The position numbers and the translations under genes are program-made. A DNA stretch of 64,000 nucleotides from Intoshia linei. Taxonomy: Eukaryota > Animalia > Orthonectida. Below, one piece after another: positions 1 through 12,706 of this stretch (positions within the stretch are counted from its first letter, which is position 1; every line of letters starts with the position of its first letter). The stretch is taken from the NCBI GenBank assembly GCA_001642005.1, contig LWCA01000014.1, positions 1 through 64,000 on the forward strand. The letters are read 5' to 3'. The notes below the pieces were generated by a model that ran no database searches, was not told where the DNA came from, and saw nothing but the letters and a program-made list of their open reading frames with translations.

Positions 1-334
1 ATATGCTGCTCCTAAAATAAATTTTTTTCATCATCACTTAATTTGCAACCTCTATCATCGTTCTAAGTAAATTGTTATAAAATTGTTATTAATTAGTACA
101 ATTAAAAATCTGATTTTTCAAAGTGTTGTTATAATTTATGGACACTCGTGTTTTTGTATTTTTAACGTTTATATTAAAAAACTTCAGTTAATTTTGTTTT
201 TTTTCTATTATTTTTTTTAATATAACAACCTTACATTGTGCATGTCTAACATGCCAATTTTCACAAAATTTTGATCTACAAATATAATTGTTATTAACAA
301 AATGATAGTGTTGTTATAATTATTGGACGGAGTG
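1..334. mobile_element. Terminus of a Tc1-like element with IR-DR type long inverted repeat (rest outside window)
   Basis: Ends GTGTTGTTATAATTATTGGACGGAGTG|TA at 334. Inner direct repeat GTGTTGTTATAATTTATGGACAC at ~123-145. Reverse-complement match to the element starting at 16047. Confidence 0.6.
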
Positions 335-828
335 TATAGTTTCATAGACCCACATTAAGAAATTAAGAGCATATATTGAAAATTTCAGTAGATGTCACAT
401 AGTTATAAACCAAAAAATGTAAAAAAGTAATAAAAAATGTATTTTATTAAAAATTTAAATTATAGTTTGATTTTGCTCATGATAAATAATTTAATCAACC
501 ACATAAATACTACAAATCGATAAACGTGCATGAAAATATCTGTTATAATTAAATAAATTTGTGGAATCTCATTTTATATTGTAAATCTAGATTAAAATAT
601 TAATGCAGGATCAAGCATGTTAATATTTTATTTTCAAAAATATTGTAAATTTCAAATAATATGTGTGATAAAAGTCCCATAACATTAATCATCGATCCCA
701 AGTAATCGGTACAATGAAAATGTAAAAAGTGTAAGAATTACCTTTCAAAAAGGTAATTGCGTATATATCGTTCAGATAAAATTTAATTAATCATCAGTGA
801 TCACTATCCAATATAATTATAAAAGTAC

Positions 829-1238
829 CTGTCGTATGAAATAAACATCAATGTGAGGACGCCAAGTTTGGCAAATGATGGAAAAAGAAAAAGAAAAATG
901 GGGCACAGAATAGGATGACATTGAAAATAGTCTGAAGTAAGCATAATCATTTTTGGAAATAAAAAAAAAGCTGACATGCAAAAATCAGAAACTGATAGAT
1001 TCGTCAGCATAATAGTGGTTCTGCTTTTGCGTTTAGGAAAACTAAACGTGTATATAGCAATCACATTTCCTAAAAAAAATTAAAAAAGAAGAATTAATCA
1101 AATACCAATGATGGATATCACACACACAATAGAGGCCAAAACATAATATACAATTGGAACCCACCAAATTTGCATAACATCACTGTAATCCAGTAAAATA
1201 GGGTAGATGCATAATTCATCATCTGTAACGTTCGACAT
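829..1238 (-). CDS. Rhodopsin-family (class A) GPCR, 5' part (TM1-TM3); later exons not found, probably beyond window start
   Basis: ATG 1238 MSNVTDDELC..., phase-1 intron in TM1 G|N, TM2 NLSVSDF, TM3 ISYDR followed by a GT donor at 828. Confidence 0.75.
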
Positions 1239-2296
1239 ATGAAACAATGAAACTAGTTATACAGTGTATTGATTTCTACCGATATTTGTTTACGTTGTGT
1301 TTAATGTTTATCTCATCTAGATAAGATAAATTATAATACAAAAATGTGATCAAACATTTATTAATTATTGATTTGTGTTTAATAAAAGTATATTTCACAT
1401 TGTGTGTGTGGTACTACATAATTAAGATTATACTAAATGTAATTAATTTTTCTCGCTTTGTGTAACTTGTAAAATCGAACATTGAGGTTCCACTGTTGAA
1501 TTCATTTTTAACAGACTTGTAAAGACAAAAATTTTTTTCAAATTTTTTTTGTATTCAGTTGACATAATGCTAAAAATGATTGGATTTGCTGCAGTACTTG
1601 TATAAGATAAAATTTTAGTTATCATTAATACTGAAATTTTATAATCTATTTGTATTAGCAATTTAAATGAATACTTGTTACTAAAGGATAAGTAAGTAAA
1701 AATACTTAGAAATATTTCCATGAGTTCTCAATTTCATTGACATTTTACTTGGTTTTTTCTTCCCTTTCGTAGAATTGGGTTGACTGATTGTTACACTTTT
1801 TGTCAGTTCCTTTATAATTAAATATGAACAAATACATATCACCAACTTTGGCACCCCAAAAACAAAAATATTTATGTAATGATATATGGCGTTTACGTCT
1901 AAAAATTAATCTAATTATTTAATTAGATTATTAATATTTAATTAATCCATGCTACAAAATACTGTATTAAGATAAATTTCCTTATAATGTTAATAAATTA
2001 ATTTGGTAAATCATCATACTAATGTATCAAGACTAACCATAACAAACTATATTGTAACATCAAAATATATTTATTTGATTCTCAGGGCTATAATAAAGAT
2101 ATAGCGTAACTTTTTAAAGTTTTTTGAAAAAATAATACTCAAAAAACACTGCGCACAATACTTAAAATAATACAATATATTTAGGTTTTAAATATGATAA
2201 TGAATTAAAGGTAGAATAATATTTAACATACAAAGACAAATTTGGTGTAAATCCTAAATAACTGTTTTAACTGTAAATAACAAAATTAACCTAACT

Positions 2297-3279
2297 CAGG
2301 GATATGCAACTTTTTGTGATAGCGGACCGGATTGTCATTTCAAATAGTTGGGTGGCCTGGACACAAAAAATTAAGAATTCTAAGAATTATTTTTTATTAT
2401 ATTTATTTTAAAATTTTATTAATGTGATAATTAATGCTTTTTAATATTTAACATTAAAATCTTGTCTATATTCAATTCCAAGATCAGGGGTCGCCAACCT
2501 TTTGCGTCTCGTGGGCCACTTCTTATGTCAAAAAATTCTACTGACCCCATTTTTGATAATTTACACATAATAAATTTTAATTTTAACTGAAGAAAAAAGG
2601 TTCTAGTATATTCAACAAAATAACATTCAGGAAGATGTGAATATTCAAAGCTAAAATGATTATAATGAGCCAATTATGGTAGAAAAGTATTTAAAAGTTA
2701 AAAAATTTAAAAAGAAATAATTTAAATTTTTACTAAGGGCCATGAAAATTATTCTGTGATTCACTGGTTGCCGATTCTGTCATAGATGTTGATGATAGTA
2801 GTAAAAAATTATGTAAGTGTGCATCAGTCAGATTAGTTCTGAAATTATTTTTGGTATATTTCATTTTAAGGCTAATTGTAATGATTTTTTTAATTGTAAG
2901 TAAGGCTGATTTTTAAAAAAAGAGTAATCTGGTGATTTGATCATGAAAATTCACTTTTTTAAAGTTACTATTTATGATATGCTTATAATTTTAAAAACTA
3001 TACATAATGTAGTAATTTCATAAGTTATGAAATGATTGCTGTTGACAAGATTAATGATAATGTGAATAAGCATGATTTTGTTTTATTAAATTTGTGGTCT
3101 GATTTTATTTATAAACAAAATATAAAACTTAAACATTTCATTAAGACTTATTGTAAATATACTTAGTATAAACTAACATTTAGAATTTTAAATTAAAAAA
3201 CTTAATTAAAAGTCTCGTGTCGATACGATAATTATTGTGGTCCGGATTAGGCCCGCAAACCGTATGTTACCCATCCCTG
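2297..3279. mobile_element. hAT-type MITE in GPCR intron, hosting a nested MITE
   Basis: TIRs CAGGGATATGCAAC / GTTACCCATCCCTG; 8-bp TSD acctaact/acttacct. Confidence 0.65.
2485..2779. mobile_element. hAT (Buster/Charlie-like) MITE, same family as 20814-21125 in opposite orientation
   Basis: TIR CAGGGGTCGCCAACC; TSD tccaagat/tcatagat; internal sequence matches the reverse complement of the copy at 20814. Confidence 0.75.
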
Positions 3280-5299
3280 ACTTACCTGTATTTATTTTTT
3301 ATTTTCCCTAATTTTTATTAATTTAAAATTACAATTACATCCGCTAATGTATGATATTATACATTTTATGTATATGTGACACGTAATATGGATTTATAAA
3401 AATCATTATTTCAAATAATCAGAATTTAATTAGTGTTTGATTTTAAATTATAAAACTAAATAAAATTATAATAAAGTAACTCAGCGTTCCCCTAATCTCG
3501 GTCTGCGGACCAGTAATAGTCCGTGAAAAATTTTTACTAATTAAAAGTCAATTTAATACGTTTTGATCTAATTTTTTTTAAGGTTTTTTCAAAAGTAATT
3601 TCCCTTTAGTAAATAATTCATTTTTAATATGAATTTATTAATTTCAGTGTGAAAGTTACCATCATAATAAATTCCGTAATAACGCTTGTAACTGATTTCA
3701 TTATAAATTAATTTATTCCACCAAGTAAGATCAACATAGCATCTAAATATATGCAATGGATCCTTGGTATAACTGTTAAATATTTTTTGATTGTGTATTC
3801 TCATATTCAAATTAATTATATTAATAAATACTGCAAAAACCCAACTTAAAATCAATTTTATAACTGTCCAAAATCTTGATTTTTGTTTTAGCAATTCCAT
3901 AGGTTTTAATATTGCAGAGTATCTAAAAAAATAATTTTTAATGTGAATGTATCTAAATGTAGTTAAAAGTGTTATTAAAATTTAAAAAATGATGAAATTA
4001 GGTCGATGGTGCACTATTAACATGTAAAGGTAAAAAATAAACAAAATAAAATAAAAATATTTTGATGGTGTTTATACCTTTCAATTGAAATAAGCATCAA
4101 AGTAAAACCGCTTTCCATAATGCAAACATCAATAACAAAGTTTTCAATAAAACATATAGTATAAGAACAACCAAAGTATTCCCCAAAATGTTGTATTGAA
4201 ACAGGAATAATACTTAAAGTTAAAAGTAAATCAGATATAGCCATATTTACAATTAAGCAATTGATGCATTTTCTCATGTGAGAAACGCTATATGTCCAAA
4301 GTACTAAAATATTTCCTAAATTGATATGGTTATAAAAAAAATTTTATTACCAAAAAAAGAAATAACTATTAAAATTTTATTAACTAGCAACGTTATATTA
4401 TATTAACCCATGGTATATATATAAAATCATCATCGCAAAGCGATCTTTGTCTTTCTGGACAATTAAATTCAAACATAAAACTAAATATGTAACAATATTA
4501 ATCTAATTTCTGCAGTTTTAATATATAAATCATTTTAAAAAAATATATGTCTGATTAAAAATTATATTAATTTTCAATTGTCTAAAGTCTAGACTGAGTT
4601 GAATACAATATTTTAACTTTATTTAATTATCTTTATAAAAAAGTATTGTCAGATTTTAAGGGTATCGAACGTATTTTGTTACATCAATAAAATCCACCAC
4701 GATTTTTGTAAGCCATTTTTTATATGTAAGCATATTTCATACTCGAAATTTATTATTGAAAATACTAAAGAAATCATTTATATAATTTTGATTAAATAAT
4801 ACTTTCGTAGAAGACATTTTATAGGCTATAAGATTCCAACGTTTGAATGATCTTAGATATCCATCACTAAATTAAAACTCTTTCAATTCATAATAATATT
4901 CTCTATAATTTTTTTTTATAACATCCTTGCTTGTTATTTATTATGCATCTACTCATTGATATTTACTTTTTTGTGATATTAGATTAATTATATATTAATT
5001 TAATTATTATTAATTATTAAGATATTAATTTACTGATCACAATATCAAAGATTTCATAATAATAATAGTTTTTGAGCTAATGATGCATATATTTTTAATT
5101 ATGATTCCAATAATTATTAGAATTATAATTGGGTTCTTATTATCTTTTTTAATATCTGAAACAGTTGACGATAAAAACCATACTTTTTAGAAAAATTTTT
5201 GTTAGTGTATTTCGATATCATCTAATATGTTTTTTTGGTCTATAGAAAATTATTTTCTACTTAAATGTTATATTTTCATTTTTAGTATATAAATTGTAT

Positions 5300-5487
5300 T
5301 GTGAATCTAAGATCTGGTAAAATCGTGTTTTTAAAAAAATGTTTGAAAACGGGAATTTTCGTTAAGATTTGAAATTGGTATTTTTTATTAAATTTTATTA
5401 ATGGTGGAATAAAAGTGGGATTTTCCAAATGATAGTATAGCGGTGGTCTAGGCTTTGGGATAAAATCCTAATATCTGGCAACTGTTC
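5300..5487 (-). repeat. Dispersed repeat family B; other copies at ~15322-15570, ~47190-47337, ~49181-49330, ~57785-58130
   Basis: Shared core resembling CCAGATGTTAGGATTTTATCCCAAAGCCTAGACGACCGCTA...CCACCATTAATAAAATTT in five places. Confidence 0.8.
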
Positions 5488-5657
5488 TGATACCGAAAAT
5501 AATATGTTTTACGTATCTGAAGCTTTTATTTTGAACAGAAAAAGTTTTAGTGCAATTATAATTATGATGCTAGTCCAATGTAATTTCTGTACTTGAGAAA
5601 ATTGACACTTCGTTAATCAGCTATTTTTTTCAGTTAAATAGGAATTAGTCTGTATAT

Positions 5658-6079
5658 CAGTGATTCCTAAGCTTTTTCACTACAGCGCTCCCACAGACTT
5701 ATAAAAATATTCCATCTTAATTTTTTTCGATGTAGAATACGAGAAAATGCGTTTTAAATTCATCTTAAATTTCATAAAATAGGTCTCGAATCTTCTGTTT
5801 AATTACATTTTTAATTAATATTATGGGCTAAAAGAAAATTATATTTTTTAGTTTGAAATTTAGTAACATTATTTGTAGTTTCACTGTAATATATATACCA
5901 TACAATCTTTGCGAGTCTTTAAAAAACTGAAATATAGCGTCGCGTTATTTTTAAAATGTAGTGTAAATCAATTAAAAATATTAATAATGTAATAAAATAC
6001 CTAATTTAATCCAGTACCCAAAGGTTAACAATTTTTCGACTGCCCCTGATAATTCCACCGCCCATGTTAAAAATAACTG
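5658..6079. mobile_element. hAT-type MITE
   Basis: Termini CAGTGATTCCTAA / TTAAAAATAACTG; TSD ctgtatat/atgtatat. Confidence 0.6.
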
Positions 6080-6428
6080 ATGTATATCAAACTAGATTTT
6101 TGAAGTACGCAGAATTAAATGAAAATTTTATTTTATTTTGGTGCGAATTAAAATTATCGGTTTCAAAACATAAAAACGAAATTGAAACATTGCTTTAACA
6201 CGCTTATATAAAACTTAACTAACAAAAACTAAATTTTCAATGTTTTTAACGAAATTAATTCAAACACGAAAAAAAACACGACCTTTCAAAATCTCATCAC
6301 CAATTCTGCGAACACGGTATTAAAATAGTTTTATTCGAACCGTGTAGCAGAAATTTATCACATATAAAAATATTTAAATGAATGAACAATAAAACATTTA
6401 TTCTAATATGAATTTCGAAAATTCATTA

Positions 6429-8015
6429 TTAATTTCTATAAGTAATGTACAATTTTTTGAATGAATCAAATCCGGATAAAACACCGGCTCCGGCAACTCC
6501 TCTCAAAATATTGGCACCTAAATTGTCCAAAATTATTTATTTTCTATTATCTAATAATATTAACTAATTGTATATACACTTATGAAAAAACACAACTAAT
6601 AAAATAACTATCTTTAGGTAAATAAGAGTAGAAATGTTGGTTTACTGTAATAAATAATAATATTGCATATTTCGCATGTACATTTAATTTAACAGTAATA
6701 ATAAAAAATCTCAACATTGTTCGTTTGTGCATATTCAAAAATTAAAAATTAACATAAATATTTTTAAATTACCAGCTCCTTTCATAAGTGAATTGAATCC
6801 TTCTTTTAAGATAATTTGTTTAGCACAGTCCAGTGAACCTTTATACTTAACAGCTTCTCCAGAGGTCATCATCATTCTTCTTCTAATTGTGTCAACAGGG
6901 TATGATATCAGTCCAGAAGTAACTGTGACTCCTATAAATACATTATATACCGAAATTGCCAGTATAGAAAATAAGCTAATTGACGAATAGAGATACAGAA
7001 TTTATAAATAATAGTAGAAAAGAAGTAAAATATCATTTCCAACTTATTAAATATTTAAACACACTATTTTGGAGGGCACAGAATGACCTTTAAGTTTAAT
7101 TAATAATGCTGAATAAATATTAACCAATAGCTTAGAGTAGAGATACGTTTAATATTAAAATGTTACTCCACTTACAAAATAATACATAAAATCTGACAAT
7201 ATTATTAAATTGTACTCAATGATCATCATACAATATATATAGTAATTACCATATCCAAGACAAAAACTGGCAAACAATCCAGAATCATCACCTAAAATAA
7301 TTGGTTTCAAACTGTCGTAAAACCCAAAATAGCATCCTCTGTATACAATAATTCCAAAGCAAGAAATAACAAATCCTCGGTAAAGTCCAGCAATACCATC
7401 ACTCTTTAAAGTTTTTCTGTAAACATCAGCAATACCTTAAAATAAATATAAACCAAAAATTAAATACAATGTACCAGTATATTGTCTTGAACCTCCAGTT
7501 TTAACACTTTTGTTGTCATTTGCAAGTCTAGTCCTGGTATAATCCAATGAATAGACAAACATTAGAGAGAGAGCACCAGCAACACCACCAGAGCCCATAT
7601 TTTTGGAAAAATTAATCCAATAGGGATCGGATTTGTTTTGCTTAAAAGCAGCTTTAATTGAATCTTTAAATGAAAAGTTAAGGGCTTGTGTTGGAAAATA
7701 TCTAATAACATTGGCTAAATTTCCACGCCAGAATGGAATAATTCCTAAAAAATTATAAAAAAAATTCAAACATGCAGCAACCTTCATTTCTAAACGTTCG
7801 CATTGTGCAATCCATAACTCCCTTGTAAGGTTTGTCTAATCGACCAGTTTTTAACATTTCATTTTGGTTTTGGATCAATAATTTAACACGTTCTATTGGT
7901 GCTGCTGCAGTCTGAACAAGTAAAGATAATGACAAAATTATTTTACCTTTGAAATGGCAGCTGCCATTCCACTCAACATAAAACTTTCGGCAAATCCCAG
8001 ATTTTGATTAGACAT
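6429..8015 (-). CDS. ANT: Mitochondrial ADP/ATP carrier (adenine nucleotide translocase), 6 exons
   Basis: Exons 8015-7947, 7911-7782, 7744-7475, 7435-7250, 6931-6773, 6517-6429. Motifs [28 protein letters not shown] and the RRRMMM signature. Confidence 0.97.
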
Positions 8016-8417
8016 TTATGTGAAAACGTTAAATATGTTAAACTAAAGTATTAAAAATGTATAGTATATATAAAATATAAACTTGTGAAATAAATAACTC
8101 GTGTCCTTCGATAAACAATGTTATTGTGATTTCAAAGCAACTTTGTTTAATTGTGTATTGGTTACAGAAAATATGCTAAAATTTTAATTCCAAAACTGTC
8201 TACTCGACAGTGTCTTGGTAACGTGTACACACAAATGTTATTGCATTGTTTTACTATGTATTTATCAGGGAGATATCATCATTTACCAATTAATTGCTGA
8301 CAAATTTAGTTTTTTGCAATATTTTGTGTATTAATTGCATATTAGCGATTAGAAGTCATCGTTATATTACATATTGTATTTGAGTTTTCTGTTTAACAAA
8401 GTTACAATTATATTGAA

Positions 8418-9092
8418 ATGAACTCGTCGAAAGATACAATTATGGCAAGTATTGTCGAATATGATGCACAATTGGTGCAGACACAAGTTGCACTTCAAAG
8501 TGACAAAAACAATAGTGTTTTGATTAAGTTGAGAGATGATCTCAAATTAGGGATCAAAATGTACAAAGATATATTGGCTGATGTAGAAAGTGAAGAACAA
8601 ACCGATGAAAACACCTCTAAATTTAAATGGACAGTAGGAGACAGTTGTATGGCTCTATGGGAAGGAAATAACAAATACCATGCTGCCAAGATTACTGAAA
8701 TTGGAATCAACGAAACATGTACAATTATGTTTGACTATTATGAATCAACACAACAGCATGATTTATCCACATTAAAACCTCAACGATCTCAAACTAAAAT
8801 AAAAAAAAAAAGTAAAGTTTATAATGCAATTCTTAAAAAAAAGAAAAGAAAAGAAGAATACCTTACCAAAGTTAAGGAATTTAATGAAGTTCAAGAAAAT
8901 GAAAAATACAATTGGTCCAACTTTCTCAACAAAAAAAATCGACTCAACCAAGAAAGAAGTATATTCCATTCACCTTCTACTTTAAATGGAAAAGTTGGTG
9001 TAGGAACGTGTGATACAGGTGGTAAAAATATGACCAAAGGGCTATTAAAACCTGAAATTTTAAAACGAGGTGTTGCTCCTAAAAGATTGTAA
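8418..9092 (+). CDS. SMNDC1: Survival-of-motor-neuron-related splicing factor 30 (Tudor domain), single exon
   Basis: N-terminal YDAQLVQTQVALQSD, Tudor WTVGDSCMALW...FDYY, C-terminal SIFHSP...GKVGVGTC. Confidence 0.92.
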   Translation: MNSSKDTIMASIVEYDAQLVQTQVALQSDKNNSVLIKLRDDLKLGIKMYKDILADVESEEQTDENTSKFKWTVGDSCMALWEGNNKYHAAKITEIGINETCTIMFDYYESTQQHDLSTLKPQRSQTKIKKKSKVYNAILKKKKRKEEYLTKVKEFNEVQENEKYNWSNFLNKKNRLNQERSIFHSPSTLNGKVGVGTCDTGGKNMTKGLLKPEILKRGVAPKRL

Positions 9093-9508
9093 TATTTAAT
9101 TAAATTTCTTATTCTATTTTTATTACAACATTGTTTGTTGTTTTTAGGATTAAAATATACCAATTCCTAGAAAACATTAATGCAACAATTTACAATTTAT
9201 CTTCATTAATATTATTCGCTCTACACTCACCTCTTCGTTAGTTTCCAACCCTATACATTGTACGTGTTTTATCTACTTCCTCTGTTATGCACTATATCGT
9301 TTCAACTGCGTCTTGAAAAAATTGTCGAAATTAAATAATAATCGCCTTTTTAGGTTGAAATTTTAATAATCTGAAATCCATTAACATGTGCCCTGAAACA
9401 TTGCGAGACTTTGAAATTAATTTATACTAATTTATAATTAATTATAGAGTATATATTATTATGAAAAGCATTATCATAAATTGTAAAATTTTTAGGTATA
9501 ATAAAAAT

Positions 9509-9563
9509 GTGCCATCGGCAGAACTAGGTGCTGTTTGTACGTAGTACATAACAGTCAACCTAG
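9509..9563 (+). mobile_element. Helitron-like 3' terminus (hairpin then CTAG|T)
   Basis: GAACTAGGTG-CTGTTTGTAC-gta-GTACATAACAG-tcaac-CTAG|T. Related ends at 24044, 25461, ~28432 and 51398. Confidence 0.65.
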
Positions 9564-9687
9564 TATTATATATTTTTGAATGTCATTCAACTTATGTTAT
9601 GAGAAATATTCACTTAGTCAAAACCCAAAATCCAATTTTACCAACAAGTTAATGAGATATCAAGATTAAATTATATCTTTAATTTAG

Positions 9688-10566
9688 AATATTGCCATGA
9701 TATATCACATCGAAAAATTATATACATGTCTTTCCATGATTAGAATATATGAATATGCTACAATGTCTATATTGGTAGCAATTTTAGGAAGTTATTCATA
9801 CATATTGAGCGAGTTTTTTAGGGTAACAAATGTAAATACAAATATATTTCCATTTGGTTTGGAATCATTTCTCTAATAAGTGGGAATATCATCCAGGTTA
9901 ATGTCGATAACGACGAAAAATACTAAAAACAGTGTTAATAATAAGAACAGATTATTTGATGATTTTTGCATTTACCTCAGGAATTTCAATTGCAATGCAT
10001 GAAACGTAACAAACATTCTTTAAAATTTAATTTTAACTTTAGCATTATAACGAAGTGATTTGCATTGTTCTGTATTATATTTTTTTGTTTTTCTATGGTC
10101 TCTTTCAAATCTGCGAGTTTAAGAAAATATTTGTATTTGGGAAGTAATAAAATGCTTATTTTATAAATTAATTTTCTCAAATTTAGATATAATTTTGACA
10201 CGTACTAGTGTGGTTTTCGCATTGTCACTGGTAAATTTGTTCTGTGGATTTATGCTTATATTTAATATTACACTTTATGCTGGATTAGGAATGTTTTTGA
10301 TGTACATTCTCTACGATACTCAACTTATTTTTTGCAAATTCGACGATGATTGCGGTGATGATTATACAAAGTAATATTACAGGGTCAATGACTTACTATG
10401 CGTCGGATATTGACAATGTTTTAAAACTAAAATTCAGAACGTAAAAAATCTGCACGCGAGAAAAAAATTTGTAGCCATATCCTAATTATTTACCTTTTTA
10501 GGCATTATCGATTTCGCGGGCGTGTTTGAAAGATTCGTTACAATTCTGATAGTGGATGATAAATAA
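9688..10566 (+). pseudogene. TMBIM6: Bax inhibitor-1 (TMBIM6) unprocessed pseudogene
   Basis: Manual translation gives MSILVAILGSY, IFAFTSGISI, IITK*FALFCIIFFCFS...RKYLYLG, LYAGLGMFLMYILYDTQLIFCK...DY and IDFAGVFERFVTIL, colinear with BI-1. In-frame TGA at ~10056, frameshifts near 9890-9945 and ~10506, introns retained. Confidence 0.8.
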
Positions 10567-10659
10567 AACCATAAATATAAATGTACAATAAAATAAATAT
10601 TAAATCTGTAAATTTTATTAATTTAATTTGACTATACCAACTGAACATAACATAACCGT

Positions 10660-10870
10660 TTTGACATACGGCAATAATTAAAGCGTCAATGCCTTTTATT
10701 TTTGGGAGTAGGACCTCGGTGACGATGGTCAATTATATATCCCATTAATCGGTGATACAATAATTTTAATTCCATTTGGTAAAATCCAGTTATGTCGATA
10801 AAGGCGTCGTTTTCCTTAACAAATGAATAGATAGAACCTGAGAAATCAATTTGATTATCCATTTCTTCAA
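10660..10870 (-). mobile_element. Degenerate transposase fragment, possibly ISL2EU/Harbinger N-terminal region
   Basis: Frameshifted reading FIDITGFYQMELKLLYHRL...RGPTPK/IKGIDALII resembles the 'TGF...RGRPPKL...D.LL' pattern of these transposases. Weak similarity. Confidence 0.35.
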
Positions 10871-11039
10871 AATTATTTATGATATTATTTTTGAAATTAA
10901 TTAAAGTTTTATTTATAAACAGTACATAATTTCATTTTAATAAATTTGATATAATTTTATGCATTCAAATTTTCACATAAAAACAATAAACGTAGAAAAA
11001 AACATGATATCGGTTGCAATATCAACGCAATTCGTAAAA

Positions 11040-11640
11040 AAATTACGTTAAAGGTTAAAAATCAAAAATTTCATAGCAACGTTAAAATCTCTGAAAGAAT
11101 CAATTATATATATTTCCACCCATATTTCTCTATTGAAAATGTGTAGACGTTTAATGCATATTTTTTTGAAATTATAGAGTGATTAATTTTAATCCAACAT
11201 TTAAAAAATATTGATTAATAATATATTAAAAATTATTTTTCACCGGGAATGCGTGGATATCTGAGATTAAAATTTTTTATTTATATCAACTAGAATAAGC
11301 TCCATCATAATAAAAATTTAAAAAAATTTTTAGACCGTTAATTATTTCACATTTTTTGTTTTAATAAAATGATTTTGAAATAAAAAAAAATTAATACTAA
11401 AGTGCTTTTTTAACCATGAAGGCGTCACTTATTTAGATTGACATTTTTGTGTGTGTTAACAGGCTACAACTGTACCATCTGTAATTGTTTTCAATTTCTA
11501 GTGATGTTTTCATTTAAAAAAAAATGGTAATCTGGGGTTTTGATCTTGAAAATTATCTTTTTGGAAATTTCCATTTATGATAATGTTTATGATTTTAAAA
11601 ACTATCCTTTAATTTATGTTTTATAAAATTTTAGGACATG
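11040..11640 (-). repeat. Dispersed repeat family A (Helitron-associated body)
   Basis: Colinear similarity to ~24300-24790 and, inverted, to ~61430-61870. Confidence 0.75.
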
Positions 11641-11746
11641 TTTATTTTTAAAACAAATGATAATTTGGTGGTTTGACTATGAATGTATACATTTCTGAGG
11701 CTGAGATTAACGATAATGTTAAGTATTTTAAAACGCGTCTTAGAAT

Positions 11747-12223
11747 CAGAGCCGTTTTAAGGCATGGGCAATATGGGCTGTAGCTCAAGGCCACTCATTA
11801 AAAAAGGCCCCCAAATTAATAAAAGTACTTCACACTTATATCTTAAAAAGAGGCCTTAAATTATTAAAAAATACTTCACATTGATATTTTAAGAAACAAT
11901 TTTTAAGTTTTGAAGTGTGGGAATTCAAATAGCTTGAAAGAAAATAGTTTAAAGAATCAAAGTTCTGATAAATATTCAATTTAAAATATATTCTACCATG
12001 TTCATCATATATTGACATAAAAACTGTTTCAAATGATAATATTAAACATTAAAACCTTTCTATTATGTGAATATTCAAAAAAGAGAGTAGGGAATCTTTG
12101 ATTTTCTCTTGTTAATTTTCAAAAAAGAGTCTCTAAAATTTTTTTGTCGCTTCGCTTAAAACTTTAAAGGGCCTCTGGCCCTACGCTTAGCCCAGAGCCA
12201 CGAAGTGGCTTAAGACGGCTCTG
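11747..12223. mobile_element. hAT (Tip100-like) MITE
   Basis: TIRs CAGAGCCGTTTTAAG / CTTAAGACGGCTCTG; TSD cttagaat/ctcagaat. Confidence 0.85.
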
Positions 12224-12706
12224 CTCAGAATGTATGTTTTATTAAATTTTTGGGCTAATTTTTTTTTAAACAAAAGGGGAAATTTGGTTTTTTTAAATTT
12301 TACGACTGTATATTTTTTCAATAAATTGTTACACACTGAGATACAAAGGTAACGTAACGTAAGATGACATGCAGATAATAAATTATATTTCAAATTGGAA
12401 ATTTTAATATATTAATCATTTCATTTTTTAATGGAATTTTTGAGTCAAAATATAAAAAATAAAAATAGTTTTTCTAGACTCCTGAAATTTATTCTTACAG
12501 CCTATAATGAAGAATCCAGTTTAAGAAACTGTTCTCTAGTGCCTAGACGTTGACTATTAACATTCAAAGAATATTGCATCATAATATGACAATACTAGGG
12601 TTAAAATACGGAAAAATAAGAAATTAATTAAAATAAAACGTGTAGCAATTTAAAGATTTATTGAGACAATAAAGCAACAACTTTGTTAAATAAAAATTAT
12701 AAATGA

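Larger units (their letters stand above)
1443..4476 (-). pseudogene. Rhodopsin-family GPCR paralog, apparently disrupted
   Basis: Motifs GN, NMAISDLL, ISIERY and TM7 AANPIIF; same TM1 and TM3 intron positions as the neighbouring GPCR. Exon 1 (MFEFNCPER...) frameshifts at an AATAT tandem duplication (~4395), giving TAA. The last exon changes frame near 1725 and lacks a recognisable TM6 CWxP. Confidence 0.6.

Noticed and set aside
6932-7249. Intronic C/D snoRNA in ANT intron 4 (ATGATGA)
   Set aside because: No downstream box D or terminal stem found.
10050-10060. Stop-codon reassignment or selenocysteine to explain the in-frame TGA
   Set aside because: The same gene has frameshifts, and intact genes use TGA, TAA and TAG as stops (UQCRH TGA, BRF1 TAG).
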